Positions 52,356 to 63,216 are shown, counted from the first letter of the stretch. The stretch: 64,000 bases of DNA from a bacterium (GCA_965204535.1 CBDBEV010000001.1:1-64000); one strand, 5' to 3'. Program-made: numbers and translations. The notes: generated by a model from the letters alone, not told the origin.

Positions 52356-52531
52356 GATTACCTCGCTGTCTGGATGAAATTTTTTATTGAAGACACCGCC
52401 ATGCGTGAGGATGTTTTCATTCGCTCGAAGGTTTTTGTCAATCCCCGGATGGAGTGGTAAGCTTTTCAGGAATTTCAAGCTTTTCTCATCAATCCGCCCC
52501 TTTTTTCCATATGCCGCGCAAGGAGAACAAA

Positions 52532-53257
52532 ATGGCGCCGATTTCGGCGGACGAGGTAGTGTGTTATCTGGAAGAGAATCCTGGTTTTTTCATCGAACAT
52601 CCGGATTCACTTCGCCAAAGCGGCCTGCTGACACAAGACAGCACTTCAGCCAGGGTCTTGAACTTGCGAGCCAAACTTTTTGACCGCCTTAAAGGCGAAA
52701 GAGAGGATTTGATACGTCTTCTCGATGAAACGATAGAAATCGTTCGCCAAAATGAACAAATCGAAAAGGACTTCATCGCGATTGAACAACTTCTCTTTGA
52801 GCAAGCACCTTCATTGGCCAGCCTTACGGAAATCGTAAAGAACATCGAATCGCGCTTTGGAATTGAATACGCGGGCTTTTTACTTCTAGAACCTATCGAT
52901 GGCATTCCGGTTATCGCGGCAAAATCTGACGAATCAGCCCGCATCCGCCCATTAGGCAAAATAGAAGAAGAACTCGTCCCCATACAAGGGGGCGTTGTGC
53001 TGAAAGGCAAATTGGAGGGAGGCGGGGGACCCTTGTTCCCAAGTGCACTGAGCGAAAGAATACAATCGTCCGCTATTGTACCTTTAGAAATCCATGAGAA
53101 AAAAATCGGTTTTCTCATATTGGGTTCAAAAGACCCCGAGCGATATCAAGAAGGGATGGCGACCCACCTCCTCCGGCGCCTTGCAATGCGTTTGGCTTTG
53201 GGTATTTCCATCTTTCAGCGATTCAACAATGGAAAAACGGCACAATCGACTCTTTGA
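52532..53257 (+). CDS. DUF484 family protein
   Basis: V..YLEENPGFFIEHP and GSKDPERY..GMAT.LL; RBS AGGAG. Confidence 0.85.
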   Translation: MAPISADEVVCYLEENPGFFIEHPDSLRQSGLLTQDSTSARVLNLRAKLFDRLKGEREDLIRLLDETIEIVRQNEQIEKDFIAIEQLLFEQAPSLASLTEIVKNIESRFGIEYAGFLLLEPIDGIPVIAAKSDESARIRPLGKIEEELVPIQGGVVLKGKLEGGGGPLFPSALSERIQSSAIVPLEIHEKKIGFLILGSKDPERYQEGMATHLLRRLAMRLALGISIFQRFNNGKTAQSTL

Positions 53258-53304
53258 ATCAAAGCGCTCGATTCGCCATGTTCTCCTTTCCCGCTAATGA
53301 ATCA

Positions 53305-54696
53305 TCAGGCTGGAACTCCCTGCGTTTTGGACGCAAGTTCCATGACCTCGGAGATACTGCTCAGATTTTCCAAGTTCCTGACCCGATCGATGAGCAAATC
53401 ACCCGTTTCCTTTTCGAGCACAGGGGCCGTCATCACGCGGAATCGTTCGATTAACTCATCCCACGTCAACGGATTGCGTGAATCCCCCTTGGGATAATCC
53501 TGATGCGCTTCGAAAACGCCGCGATCAGTCTCGATTTCGACACGCGCTTGCCATTTGTCCGGAAATTCCTTTTCCATTTCCGCATCGCCGTAGCATTCAA
53601 TTTTCTTGATAATGGAAGAGTAGACCTGAGAACGAAGGAAATCGTCGGCATACTCATCAAGCCCCGCGGCGCGCCTGAGAATCGCTACCGCCACGGCGTA
53701 TTGAAGGCTGAACTGCGCATCAACGATGTTTTGCGGATTCGTTTTCATATCATAGGGTTCGATGACCACCATGACGCTCGTCTCTGGAACCCGGACTTTC
53801 ACCCGCCTGATTTCCTCAGGCTGAATATCATGTGCTCTGCAAACTTCGATTGTGGCGTCAATGGAAGCGTGGTTATAGCGACAACAGGCGTAGGGCTTTA
53901 TGGCACTCTCGCAGATTTCCCAGTACTCACCAAAGTGCTCCACGACATACTCGGGCGTATAGTCATCACTATGGCCATGCAAAAATCCCGTTTTCCCGCC
54001 CAGAATATCTTCCGGCCCCGTATAACCCTCCTGGGCCAGATAGGCGGCGATGATACCGCTATGCGCCGCCCATCCCGGGTGAAACCTCTTCGTCCAGGCA
54101 CCGTTATCGAGATATTGCATCGAGCCAGCCGCCTGGCTGCCCGAGATGCCCATTGCATTGGAGGTGGCCTCGACCGACAGCCCTAGAAGCTTCGACGCCG
54201 TGATCGCGGAGGCGAAAGTGCCGCATGTGCCCGTGGGATGGAACCCGCGCTCATAGTGGCTCGTGGGGTTCACGGCATTTCCGATGCGATTGGTGACTTC
54301 ATAACCCGCCACGATAGCGGCGATTACCCACTTCGGATCAGGCTGATGCGCCTCGGCAACGGCTAACGTACTGGGCATGACGCTGACGGCAGGATGCAGG
54401 CTCGAGCGCGTAGTCACATCATCCATTTCGGTAGCGTGGCTGACGCCGCCGTTCACCAGCGCGGCATGAGGGGCATCCGTTTTCAAAGCCGAACCGATAA
54501 TCGTGCACGGCCCGCCCCGGGGAGCGCGCTTTTGGGCGAAATTATGAAATACCCGCGAACTGGCCGCTTCCACAGCTCTCAATGTGACGCCGAGGTGATC
54601 GAGAAGGAAATACTTTGCGCGCTCTCTGGCCTCATCGGGCAGAGAATCATATGTAATGGCGTGAACGTGCTCGACAAGCATTCGGCTGATATTCAT
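53305..54696 (-). CDS. MmgE/PrpD family protein
   Basis: AALVNG..SH..EMDD..HP, GFHPTGTCG, KPYACC. Confidence 0.93.
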   Translation of the reverse strand: MNISRMLVEHVHAITYDSLPDEARERAKYFLLDHLGVTLRAVEAASSRVFHNFAQKRAPRGGPCTIIGSALKTDAPHAALVNGGVSHATEMDDVTTRSSLHPAVSVMPSTLAVAEAHQPDPKWVIAAIVAGYEVTNRIGNAVNPTSHYERGFHPTGTCGTFASAITASKLLGLSVEATSNAMGISGSQAAGSMQYLDNGAWTKRFHPGWAAHSGIIAAYLAQEGYTGPEDILGGKTGFLHGHSDDYTPEYVVEHFGEYWEICESAIKPYACCRYNHASIDATIEVCRAHDIQPEEIRRVKVRVPETSVMVVIEPYDMKTNPQNIVDAQFSLQYAVAVAILRRAAGLDEYADDFLRSQVYSSIIKKIECYGDAEMEKEFPDKWQARVEIETDRGVFEAHQDYPKGDSRNPLTWDELIERFRVMTAPVLEKETGDLLIDRVRNLENLSSISEVMELASKTQGVPA

Positions 54697-54931
54697 TCGA
54701 ACATCTCCTTCCACTGGAAGACGGCAGGTAATTTCGAGTCGTAAGCCCGCGGCTGCGCAGGCATTTTTCTCTATCCGGAAATCATAGCAGAACTGGCTAT
54801 ATCCTGCCTCAACGCAAGAGCGGGAAATACGACTCATCCCCCCTCGGGCCACGGATGCGTTTGTCACAGGACATGGCTTGCGGATAGAATTTCCATCACT
54901 TCTGCATTCTCATCCATTCTGGAGGCATGAC

Positions 54932-55276
54932 ATGCAATCCTGCGTCTTTTGCAAAATCGTAGCCGGCGAGATCCCCTGCAAAAAAGTGTATGAAGACGAC
55001 GCATTGTTTGCATTTGAAGACGCCAACCCTGCGGCGCCCACACATATTCTGATCATTCCCAAAAGACACATGGAGACGCTCCACGAAATACAGGATGCGG
55101 ACAAGGAGTTGATTGGCTCGATTTTCGTCGTTGCGAACGAAATCGCCCGGAAACGCGGAATCGCGCAAGATGGTTTTCGAATCGTGGCGAATTGCGGAGA
55201 AAACGGGGGCCAAACGGTCTTTCATATCCACTTTCACCTCCTGGGCGGGCGTCGCATGGAATGGCCGCCGGGCTAG
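54932..55276 (+). CDS. Histidine triad (HIT) nucleotide-binding protein
   Basis: CVFCKI, HILIIPK.H, GQTVFHIHFHLLGGR. Confidence 0.95.
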   Translation: MQSCVFCKIVAGEIPCKKVYEDDALFAFEDANPAAPTHILIIPKRHMETLHEIQDADKELIGSIFVVANEIARKRGIAQDGFRIVANCGENGGQTVFHIHFHLLGGRRMEWPPG

Positions 55277-55385
55277 CAGTCGCATCGTGCGTGAAGTGGT
55301 GTAACTGAATGGCGAAGCCGGTGAATCCGCCGAGCCGCAAGGCGCCTGATGCAATATCGCCGGAATGCCGATGCCCTCATGGAAC

Positions 55386-56015
55386 CTACATGACGCGAAA
55401 CCGCCGCTCCATGGCCCGGCTCCATTTGCTCGCGTGGTCACCGTCGAACAAAATATCCGGGTCCGCAGGCGCCGTATACCAGTCTCCGCGCCTCATCTCG
55501 CTCTCCAGTTGTCCGCCCCCCCAGCCGGCATAGCCGACCACGATGACGATTTTCTCGGGCCGCCGGCCCCGGGCCATGGCCCGGAGCAGCGAATCCACCG
55601 GGCTTACCGCTACATTCTCTCCCACTTTATGCGCCACCCCGAGTTCTTGCTCCCTCGTATGGAGCACGAAACCGGTATCGGGCGATACTGGCCCGCCGTA
55701 GTGAATGTCCACGCGGCCCATGTCCCCCCGAGGCGCCTCGATACCGAAGCTCCTGAACAGCGCGGAGAGGGACATGTTCTGCGCGACGCGGTTCAAGATC
55801 AGCCCGAAAGCCCCCCTTTCGCTGTGCTCCACCAGCAGAATGACGCTCCGGCGAAATCGACCGTCCGGCATGCCCGGCCGCGCGACCAGCAACTCGCCCT
55901 GGTGGGATCCGAGCAGCGGGAGAAACGCCCCCTCCAGGTTCTTGTCCTGTTCCTGGGCGGAGGCGGAGGCGGCGAAAAACAACACCACCATCGCAGCGAG
56001 AAGGATTCGCTTCAC
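55386..56015 (-). CDS. YqgE/AlgH family protein with an N-terminal signal-like segment
   Basis: LLVA.P..D.RF.RSVI..GA.GLILN, GGPV, GYAGW..GQLE.E. GTG start just after the mnmA stop. Confidence 0.9.
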   Translation of the reverse strand: MKRILLAAMVVLFFAASASAQEQDKNLEGAFLPLLGSHQGELLVARPGMPDGRFRRSVILLVEHSERGAFGLILNRVAQNMSLSALFRSFGIEAPRGDMGRVDIHYGGPVSPDTGFVLHTREQELGVAHKVGENVAVSPVDSLLRAMARGRRPEKIVIVVGYAGWGGGQLESEMRRGDWYTAPADPDILFDGDHASKWSRAMERRFRVM

Positions 56016-56016
56016 C

Positions 56017-57078
56017 CTAGGCCACCCAGCCCCCGCCGTAGAGCACGTCGCCGGCGTAGAAAACGGCCGCCTGCCCCGGTGCCACGGCGCCCAGATACGC
56101 GGGGTCATGGGGCCTGATCTCGACGGTACCATCCCCTTTGGGCTTGACGTCGCAGGCGGCGGCGCGGCCCCGGTGCCGCACCTGCACCTGCAAATCCGCG
56201 GATTCGGGGGGAATCGACCAGCGCACGTCGCGGACCCGGAATACCTCGCGCGCGAGGGCTTTCCGTTCGCCCACCACGACGGTGGCAGAATCCGCTTCGA
56301 GTTCCACCACGTAGCGCGGGGGGCCGCCCCCCAAATCGAGGCCCCGCCTTTGCCCCACGGTGAAGTTGGTCACCCCCCCGTGCCTGCCGAGCACGTTTCC
56401 CTCCAGGTCCACGATGTCGCCCGGCCTGTCGACCCCCGGTTTTTCAGATCTCAGGAAAGCGCGGTAATCATCCTTCGGCACGAAGCAAATCTCCTGGCTT
56501 TCGGGCTTCTCCGCGGTGGGGAGACCCAGTTTCCGGGCGTATTCCCTCGTTCGCTCCTTCGTGAACTCGCCCAGGGGGAACGCGGTGCGCGCGAGTTGTT
56601 CCTGCGTCATGCCGAAGAGGAAATAGGTCTGGTCCTTTTCCCTATCAAAACTCCTGGCGACGCTCAGCCTCCCGTCGACCTCCACCCTTCTCGCGTAATG
56701 GCCCGTCACGAGCACCTCCGCACCAAACGCCACCGCGCGCTCGGCCAGGTAGTCGAACTTCACGGCCTGGTTGCACTTGACGCACGGCACGGGCGTTCTG
56801 CCGCTCTCGTATTCTGAGATGAAGTCTGCGATCACGCTCTCGCGGAAGGATTCGCGCACGTCCATCACGTAGAAGGGGATGTCGAGCCGGGCCGCCACGG
56901 CGCGGGCGTCGGCCAGGTCGCGCGGCGCGCAGCAGCCCCTGTGGAAGGACTCCTGCGCGGGCCTGTCGGCGAGGCGCAGCCCCACGCCGATGGTCTCATG
57001 GCCCGCCTCCACCATGAGGGCCGCGGCCACGGAAGAGTCCACCCCGCCGCTCATCGCCACCACCACGCGCTCCGCCAT
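56017..57078 (-). CDS. mnmA: tRNA 2-thiouridylase MnmA
   Basis: AMSGGVDSS, GCC, TP.PC..CN, TGHY, KDQTYFL, SQEICF, GQAAVFY. Confidence 0.98.
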   Translation of the reverse strand: MAERVVVAMSGGVDSSVAAALMVEAGHETIGVGLRLADRPAQESFHRGCCAPRDLADARAVAARLDIPFYVMDVRESFRESVIADFISEYESGRTPVPCVKCNQAVKFDYLAERAVAFGAEVLVTGHYARRVEVDGRLSVARSFDREKDQTYFLFGMTQEQLARTAFPLGEFTKERTREYARKLGLPTAEKPESQEICFVPKDDYRAFLRSEKPGVDRPGDIVDLEGNVLGRHGGVTNFTVGQRRGLDLGGGPPRYVVELEADSATVVVGERKALAREVFRVRDVRWSIPPESADLQVQVRHRGRAAACDVKPKGDGTVEIRPHDPAYLGAVAPGQAAVFYAGDVLYGGGWVA

Positions 57079-57190
57079 CACCGCCTCCATGGTTCACCAT
57101 CCAATGCCAGGGCACGTTATACACCACACGCTCCGCCCGAGGCCACACGGCGCGGGGAGGCGGGCGGCGGTCTGTCCGGCGGGCGCCGCT

Positions 57191-57375
57191 GCGGGCAAAT
57201 GCGGGCAAACGCGGGCAAACGCGGGCAAATGCGCGGGAGCCGAAAAACTTTTTTTGCCGCTATATCTGAGTGCGCCACACTAAGATTTACATGATAACTC
57301 TTTTTATTACAATGCTTTATCTGACCATCATTTTTCAGAAATTTATCGAAAAACATCGTGAATTTCTCGATATTT
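57191..57375 (+). repeat. Non-coding element, copy B (~185 bp), starting with (GCGGGCAAAY)x4
   Basis: Homologous to the reverse complement of 34597-34760. Confidence 0.9.
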
Positions 57376-57874
57376 ACGGGAAATATCATTATTTTCATTA
57401 TCGCCGTTATCCTTGCTTCCATGAGCGCAACTCCCCGGCGAGAAAAAGCCCCCCTGGGGAGGTCAAACGCGAGTGAGGAACGAGCGTCGAACGCGACGGA
57501 TGAAGGAGTGTCGAACGCGACTGATGAGGGAGCGTTCGAAGACTTTGCGGAAGGGTCCGCCGCCCTAGCCCTCGCCCCGTCACCGCATCCCATGAGAAAG
57601 CCTCCGCGCCTTTTCGTTCCGTTCCGGCCCATGCGGGAGATACTGCTCCCCCGCGCCGCGCGCACGATAGCGGATTCCGGGATTGCGGGGATAACGGCAA
57701 TTGCGGGGAAATGCGTAATCGAACGTGAGTGATGAGGGATTTTTCAACAATCCCGAGGAGGGAGGCTACGTAATTACCCAAAAAATTGATGCTAAATTGG
57801 GAGATAACAATCTTATATAATATAGGCTGTATCGTTGAAATGATTGAAGTCGAAGAACCAAAACCCGGACTGCG

Positions 57875-58486
57875 ATGAAAGTACAAGATCAGGAGGAAGT
57901 AAAAAACATGGGAACAATTTTATATTGTCATGACGAGGATTTTAATGATTGGGCTCGAAAGAAAAGAGATAAATACCTACAGGAAATTGAATTCATTTAT
58001 GGAACTAGAGATACAAGCTACAATTTGAGTGAATGCTTTGGGGTAAGAATATGTAGCCCGACTATAATTGATGATCGTCATACGCAGGGTATCGTAATTA
58101 TACTAACCCAAGAAGCTCTTAAAGAATGGCAAAATAACAAACCCCAAAGAGCGGCATGGCAATTAGCACATGAATGCATCCATTTGCTTGATCCTCGCTT
58201 TGAAGAAGGAAACACTATTGTCCTTGAAGAAAGCCTTGCTACAAGATTTCAATATCAAATTGAACCGAATATATCCATTGGTTCTGGGAATAATGGAGAA
58301 GCATATATTGCAGCTTTTGATTTGGTTTCAGGTTTTATGGGAAATGGATACTTGCCAGAAAAGGTCAGACAACTAAGAAAAGAGAAAATTCGTATATGTG
58401 ATATTACTTCCGAAGACTTAATGAGAGTAGCCCCTGAAATTGGTCATGATACTGCAAAAGCTCTCACAAAGGAGTTTCAATCATGA
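57875..58486 (+). CDS. AT-rich hypothetical protein with HExxH metallopeptidase motif
   Basis: AWQLAHECIHLL..VLEESLA; clearly more AT-rich than its flanks. Confidence 0.7.
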   Translation: MKVQDQEEVKNMGTILYCHDEDFNDWARKKRDKYLQEIEFIYGTRDTSYNLSECFGVRICSPTIIDDRHTQGIVIILTQEALKEWQNNKPQRAAWQLAHECIHLLDPRFEEGNTIVLEESLATRFQYQIEPNISIGSGNNGEAYIAAFDLVSGFMGNGYLPEKVRQLRKEKIRICDITSEDLMRVAPEIGHDTAKALTKEFQS

Positions 58487-58800
58487 CTTCGGAATTTGGA
58501 GATTTATTAAAAAATAAAAATTTAGGGTACTATTATATATAATTCCCTTTCGTAGGGGTGTCGGGTTTCCTGACGAAGAGAAGTTCGACCGCCTCCGCCC
58601 TTTCGTGTTAGAGGCGAATTATACCGTAGGGGCGGCTCGCGAGCCGCCCATTCTTCCTGGAAAACGCCGTCATTGCGGTGTCAATTCCGACCGAGGTGAA
58701 GATTTCCCGTAGGGGGGACCTGAGTGCCCGCCTGCAAGGTTCGTCAATCGAGCACCATCCCCCCTTGCTTCTCCCCGCGCAATCGGCGAAAAGATAACGC

Positions 58801-61800
58801 ATGAGTCCGGTCAACCGAAACTTGACGGCGGCGGTGGAGAACTACTTCTCCGATCTTGCGCGCATCCGCGCCTCGGGCGGAGCGACAAGCGAGCGATCCT
58901 ACTATCCGGCGCTGGCGAACCTGCTAAACGCGGTCGGCGCGACGCTGAGACCCAAGGCGTTCTGCATCCCCGAACTTGCCGATCAGGGCGCGGGCCATCC
59001 CGATTTCGGCCTCTATGCGGCGCGGCAGGTGCAGCGGGGCCGACCGCGCGAGGGCCAGACACCCGAGCGCGGCGTGGTGGAGGTGAAGTCCGCAGGAGAC
59101 GACGCCTGGCTCACGGCGGAATCCGATCAGGTGAGCCGCTATTGGGAACGCTACCGCCTCGTGCTGGTGACGAACACACGCGATTTCCTGCTCGTGGGCG
59201 AGCGGACGGGCAGGCCCGCGATGCTGGAGAAATTCAGGCTCGCAGAGAATATGGAAGACTTCGAGCGACGTCTGGAAAGACCCCGCGCCTTCGCCCGCAG
59301 CATGGGAGCCGGACTGACGGAATACCTCACCCGCGCACTCTCGCATCAGGCGGCCATCGCGGAGCCGAAGGATTTGGCGTGGCTTCTGGCCTCCTATGCG
59401 CGCGACGGCCTCTCTCGCGTCGAGCGCATCGACGCTGGCGGAGACGCGCTGGCCGCGCTGCGCGGCGCTTTGGAAGAGGGCTTGGGCGTCCGCTTCGAGG
59501 GCGAGCGAGGGACGCGGTTTTTCCACTCAACCCTCGTGCAGACGCTCTTCTACGGCGTCTTCTCCGCCTGGGTGCTCTGGGCGCGACAACCGACCCGGCA
59601 AACGGACGCCTTCAACTGGCGAGAGGCCGTCTGGCACCTGCGCGCCCCCGTGCTCGCCGCGCTGTTTCAGGAAGTCGCGGCCCCCAACCGGCTGCAACTC
59701 TTCGATCTGGTCGAGGTGCTGGACTGGACCGCTGCCGCGCTGGATCGTGTGGACAGGGAGGCCTTCTTCGCCCGCTTCAACGAGGGCGAGGCGGTTCCCT
59801 ATTTCTACGAACCATTTCTGGAGGCCTTCGACCCCGCCCTCAGGAAGCAACTCGGCGTCTGGTACACGCCGAACGAGGTCGTGCGCTACATGATCGCCCG
59901 CGTGGACAAGGCGTTAAAAGACGATCTCGAAATCGCCGAAGGCCTTGCGGCGGAGAACGTCTACGTGCTCGACCCCTGCTGCGGCACGGGGGCCTATCTG
60001 GCCGAAGTCCTGCGGCGCATCAATGCGAATCTGGCGAGTCAGGGTATGGGCGCGCTCGCGGGCGCGAGAGTCAGGGAGGCGGCAACCGAGCGCGTGTTCG
60101 GTTTCGAGATCATGCCCGCTCCCTTCGTCGTCGCGCATTTACAAGTCGGCCTCGCCCTGGACAGCCTCGGCGCGCCGCTGGCGGATTATGAACGCGCGGG
60201 CGTCTTCCTCACCAACGCGCTCACCGGCTGGGAACCGACGGACGAAGAAAAACAGATGGTTGCTTTTCCCGAACTTGAAGAGGAGCGTGACCGTGCAAAT
60301 CAGGTAAAGCGGGAAACGCCCGTTCTTGTGATTCTCGGCAACCCGCCCTACAACGGCTACGCGGGCGTGGCCGTGGAAGAAGAGCGTGAACTCACCAACG
60401 CTTACCGAACGGTGCGGCGCGTCCGAAAGCCCGAGGGACAGGGGCTGAACGACCTCTACGTGCGCTTTTTCCGCATGGCGGAGCGGCGCATCGTCGAGAA
60501 AACGGGCCGGGGGGTGGTGTGCTTCATCTCGAACTATTCCTGGCTGGACGGGCTTTCATTTCCCGGAATGCGCGAGCGATATCTCGCAGCCTTCGACGCT
60601 GTGCGCGTCGACTGCCTGAACGGGGACAAATACAAAACCGGCAAAGTCGCGCCGGACGGCTCGCCCGACCCGAGCATTTTCTCGACGCCCGGCGACCCGG
60701 TGGGCATTCAGGTGGGAACCGCCATAGCGACGCTCGTGCGCAAGCAGGATCACGCCCCCGCAGGGGAAGTCGCCTTTCGCCATCTCTGGGGACGGGCCAA
60801 GAGAGAGCAACTGCTGGAAACCTCCGAAGCCGAGCCGGACGCCCTGTATGAGAGGGTCGCGCCTGTTCGGCCTCTCGGCCTTCCCTTCACGCCGATAGAA
60901 GTTAGCGAGAATTGGTTCGACTGGCCCGCCCTGCCCGATCTGTTTCCGACCTCGTTTCCCGGCGTTACCACAAGCCGCGATTCGTTTCTCGTGGATACCG
61001 ACATCGACCGCCTCAAAACCCGCATAGCCGATTATTTCGACCCGGATATTAGCCATGAGGAGATCGCCCGGCGTCATCCCCGCGTGATGCAGACCACCGG
61101 GCGGTTCGACGCCTACGCCACGCGCGACGCGCTCCTCGCGCGCGACGGGCCGAATGAGGACGGCTTCATCCGCTACGCCTACAGGCCATTCGACAATCGG
61201 TGGCTCTACTGGGAGGGGGAAACGAAGCTGCTCGATGAGAAGCGCGCCGACTACAGGCCGCATGTGTTTGAGGGGAATCTTTGTCTGTCCGCCGCTCAGC
61301 ACCTGCGCAAGGGCGCGACGGAGCCACAGACTAATTTCACTCGACACATGGGTTCGTACCACCTGATCGAACGAGGTGCTCTATGGTTCCCCGCATGGCT
61401 CCGTCACGACGACAGTATCCGTGAAGGTGATGACGGTTCGAAATATCCCCCGGTTCCAAACATATCAAGAACCACCTCACGCTATCTCGATCGCGTCGGC
61501 GCGAATGTGGAGGATTTGTTCCATCACGTCCTCGCTACGCTCCATGACCCCGCCTACCGGGAGGCCAACGCGGGCGCGCTCCGCATGGAATGGCCCCGCA
61601 TCCCCCTCCCCGGATGGCCGAACGGCGGGGCGAAAGACGCAGCGGAGATTTTGACCGAATCCGCCGCGCGGGGCCGCGAACTCGCGGCGTTACTTGACCC
61701 TGATACGCCCGTTCCGGGCGTAACCCAAGCTCCCCTGAGGCCTGAGATGGCCGCCGTCGCCGTTCCCGCCACGGAGCGTGATGGCCAGATGACGGGCGAT

Positions 61801-62163
61801 GATTTCGCCGTAACGGCGGGGTGGGGGCGCCTCGGGGCGGGGGATGCCGTGATGCCCGGCGCGGGCCGCGCCGTCGAGCGGGCCTGGACGGAGGAAGAAC
61901 GCGCGGCTCTGGGCGAGGCCGCATTCGTCCTCGGCGAGACGGCTTTCGACGTGTATCTCAACGACCATGCCTTCTGGCGGGGCGTCCCGGCGAACGTCTG
62001 GAACTACAAACTAGGCGGCTATCAGGTTTTGAAGAAGTGGCTTTCCTACCGCGAGCAGACCATCCTCGAACGCCCCTTGAAGCCCGAAGAAATCCGGCAC
62101 TTCACCGACACGGCGAGACGGATTGCGGGGATATTGATGTTGACGGAGGGGATGGTTTCGTAG
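58801..62163 (+). CDS. Fused restriction-modification enzyme (type IIG / type ISP-like, N6-adenine MTase)
   Basis: N-terminal PD..EVK nuclease motif (HPDFG..VEVK), GVWYTP, LDPCCGTG, GNPPY, YRPFD and ..GGYQVLKKWL specificity-domain motifs; no helicase motifs. Confidence 0.9.
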   Translation: MSPVNRNLTAAVENYFSDLARIRASGGATSERSYYPALANLLNAVGATLRPKAFCIPELADQGAGHPDFGLYAARQVQRGRPREGQTPERGVVEVKSAGDDAWLTAESDQVSRYWERYRLVLVTNTRDFLLVGERTGRPAMLEKFRLAENMEDFERRLERPRAFARSMGAGLTEYLTRALSHQAAIAEPKDLAWLLASYARDGLSRVERIDAGGDALAALRGALEEGLGVRFEGERGTRFFHSTLVQTLFYGVFSAWVLWARQPTRQTDAFNWREAVWHLRAPVLAALFQEVAAPNRLQLFDLVEVLDWTAAALDRVDREAFFARFNEGEAVPYFYEPFLEAFDPALRKQLGVWYTPNEVVRYMIARVDKALKDDLEIAEGLAAENVYVLDPCCGTGAYLAEVLRRINANLASQGMGALAGARVREAATERVFGFEIMPAPFVVAHLQVGLALDSLGAPLADYERAGVFLTNALTGWEPTDEEKQMVAFPELEEERDRANQVKRETPVLVILGNPPYNGYAGVAVEEERELTNAYRTVRRVRKPEGQGLNDLYVRFFRMAERRIVEKTGRGVVCFISNYSWLDGLSFPGMRERYLAAFDAVRVDCLNGDKYKTGKVAPDGSPDPSIFSTPGDPVGIQVGTAIATLVRKQDHAPAGEVAFRHLWGRAKREQLLETSEAEPDALYERVAPVRPLGLPFTPIEVSENWFDWPALPDLFPTSFPGVTTSRDSFLVDTDIDRLKTRIADYFDPDISHEEIARRHPRVMQTTGRFDAYATRDALLARDGPNEDGFIRYAYRPFDNRWLYWEGETKLLDEKRADYRPHVFEGNLCLSAAQHLRKGATEPQTNFTRHMGSYHLIERGALWFPAWLRHDDSIREGDDGSKYPPVPNISRTTSRYLDRVGANVEDLFHHVLATLHDPAYREANAGALRMEWPRIPLPGWPNGGAKDAAEILTESAARGRELAALLDPDTPVPGVTQAPLRPEMAAVAVPATERDGQMTGDDFAVTAGWGRLGAGDAVMPGAGRAVERAWTEEERAALGEAAFVLGETAFDVYLNDHAFWRGVPANVWNYKLGGYQVLKKWLSYREQTILERPLKPEEIRHFTDTARRIAGILMLTEGMVS

Positions 62164-62227
62164 GGACAACCCTCCGTGGTTGTCCCTTGTCGCACAGGCG
62201 CGGGCGGCCACGCGGGGCCGCCCCTAC
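62160..62227. repeat. GTAG-family REP doublet (inverted pair)
   Basis: GTAGGGACAACC..GGTTGTCCC and inverted GGGCGGCC..GGCCGCCCCTAC. Confidence 0.8.
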
Positions 62228-62362
62228 AGGTTGCGTTTTCACCGATGCGACGCGGCGGATTGGAGCCATACCGGGAAAATGATAGGATTACCTGCTCCAC
62301 GAGGCTCCACCCCAGACCCCACAAGGTAAACGGACGATGCAAAGCGTCGAGAGACTCGCGCC

Positions 62363-62857
62363 ATGAAGCCCACCGTATACATCGAAACATCGGTTATCAG
62401 CTATCTCACTGCGCGACCATCCCGCGATGTCGTGGTCGCGGCGTATCAGGAAATAACAAATGAATGGTGGCGCGATGCGCCTGACAGGTTCGCTCTCGTC
62501 GCCTCGGCGCTCGTCGTCTCGGAAGCCGGAGCGGGCGACAAGGATACGGCCCACTCCCGCATGATGGCCCTCGAAGGCGTTGCGCTTCTCGATGCAACCC
62601 TGGACGCCGAGGAATTCACCCGGAAACTGCTTGATTTCGGTACGCTTCCGCGCCAAGCCATCGATGATGCCGCGCACATCGCCATTGCCGTTACGAACGG
62701 CGTCGATTATCTGGTAACATGGAATTTCCGGCACATTGCGAATGCCGCAATGCGAGGCCGGATCGAGCGCGTATGCAGAGAGTCGGGCTATGAACCGCCC
62801 GTGATATGCACGCCCAACGAACTGATGGAGGCCGACCGTGCGGACGACGCAGACTGA
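62363..62857 (+). CDS. PIN-domain (VapC-like) protein
   Basis: VYIETSVISYL, DAAHIAIA, DYLVTWNFRH, ICTP.EL. Confidence 0.9.
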   Translation: MKPTVYIETSVISYLTARPSRDVVVAAYQEITNEWWRDAPDRFALVASALVVSEAGAGDKDTAHSRMMALEGVALLDATLDAEEFTRKLLDFGTLPRQAIDDAAHIAIAVTNGVDYLVTWNFRHIANAAMRGRIERVCRESGYEPPVICTPNELMEADRADDAD

Positions 62858-63032
62858 CCCGATAATCGCCGAGGTCCGGGCCGCGCGGGATGCGCACGCG
62901 GCGCGCTTCGGTTACGACGTGGCGGAGATTTTCCGGGACATTCGGGCCATGCAGGACGCATCCGGTTCCGAATACGTCCGCCGTCCCGCGCGCCGCGTCG
63001 CCGCCATATCCGACGATTCCCCATCGCCGTAA
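62838..63032 (+). CDS. Small partner protein of the PIN gene (putative antitoxin)
   Basis: DPIIAEVRAARDAHAARFGYD pattern; overlaps the PIN gene end. Confidence 0.7.
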   Translation: MRTTQTDPIIAEVRAARDAHAARFGYDVAEIFRDIRAMQDASGSEYVRRPARRVAAISDDSPSP

Positions 63033-63041
63033 TGCCCGACC

Positions 63042-63132
63042 GGGCGGACACGCCGGTCCGCCCCTGTGTTCGCTGTAGGGACAGGCCCCCGTGCCTGTCC
63101 TGAGTGGGACAACCACAGGGGGTTGTCCCTAC
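63042..63132. repeat. GTAG-family REP cluster
   Basis: GTAGGGACAGGC..GCCTGTCC and inverted GGGACAACC..GGTTGTCCCTAC. Confidence 0.8.
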
Positions 63133-63216
63133 GGACCCCTCTCAACGGTCGGTTCTAGACGCCGAATCACGAAATCATGACTTTTCCATTAGCCCCTTTA
63201 TTCGATGACCCCCGCC

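Noticed and set aside
58608-58626. Partial similarity of spacer 21 to the minus-strand TATAATTCGCCTCTA
   Set aside because: The match is gapped, short and PAM-distal, and is consistent with chance.
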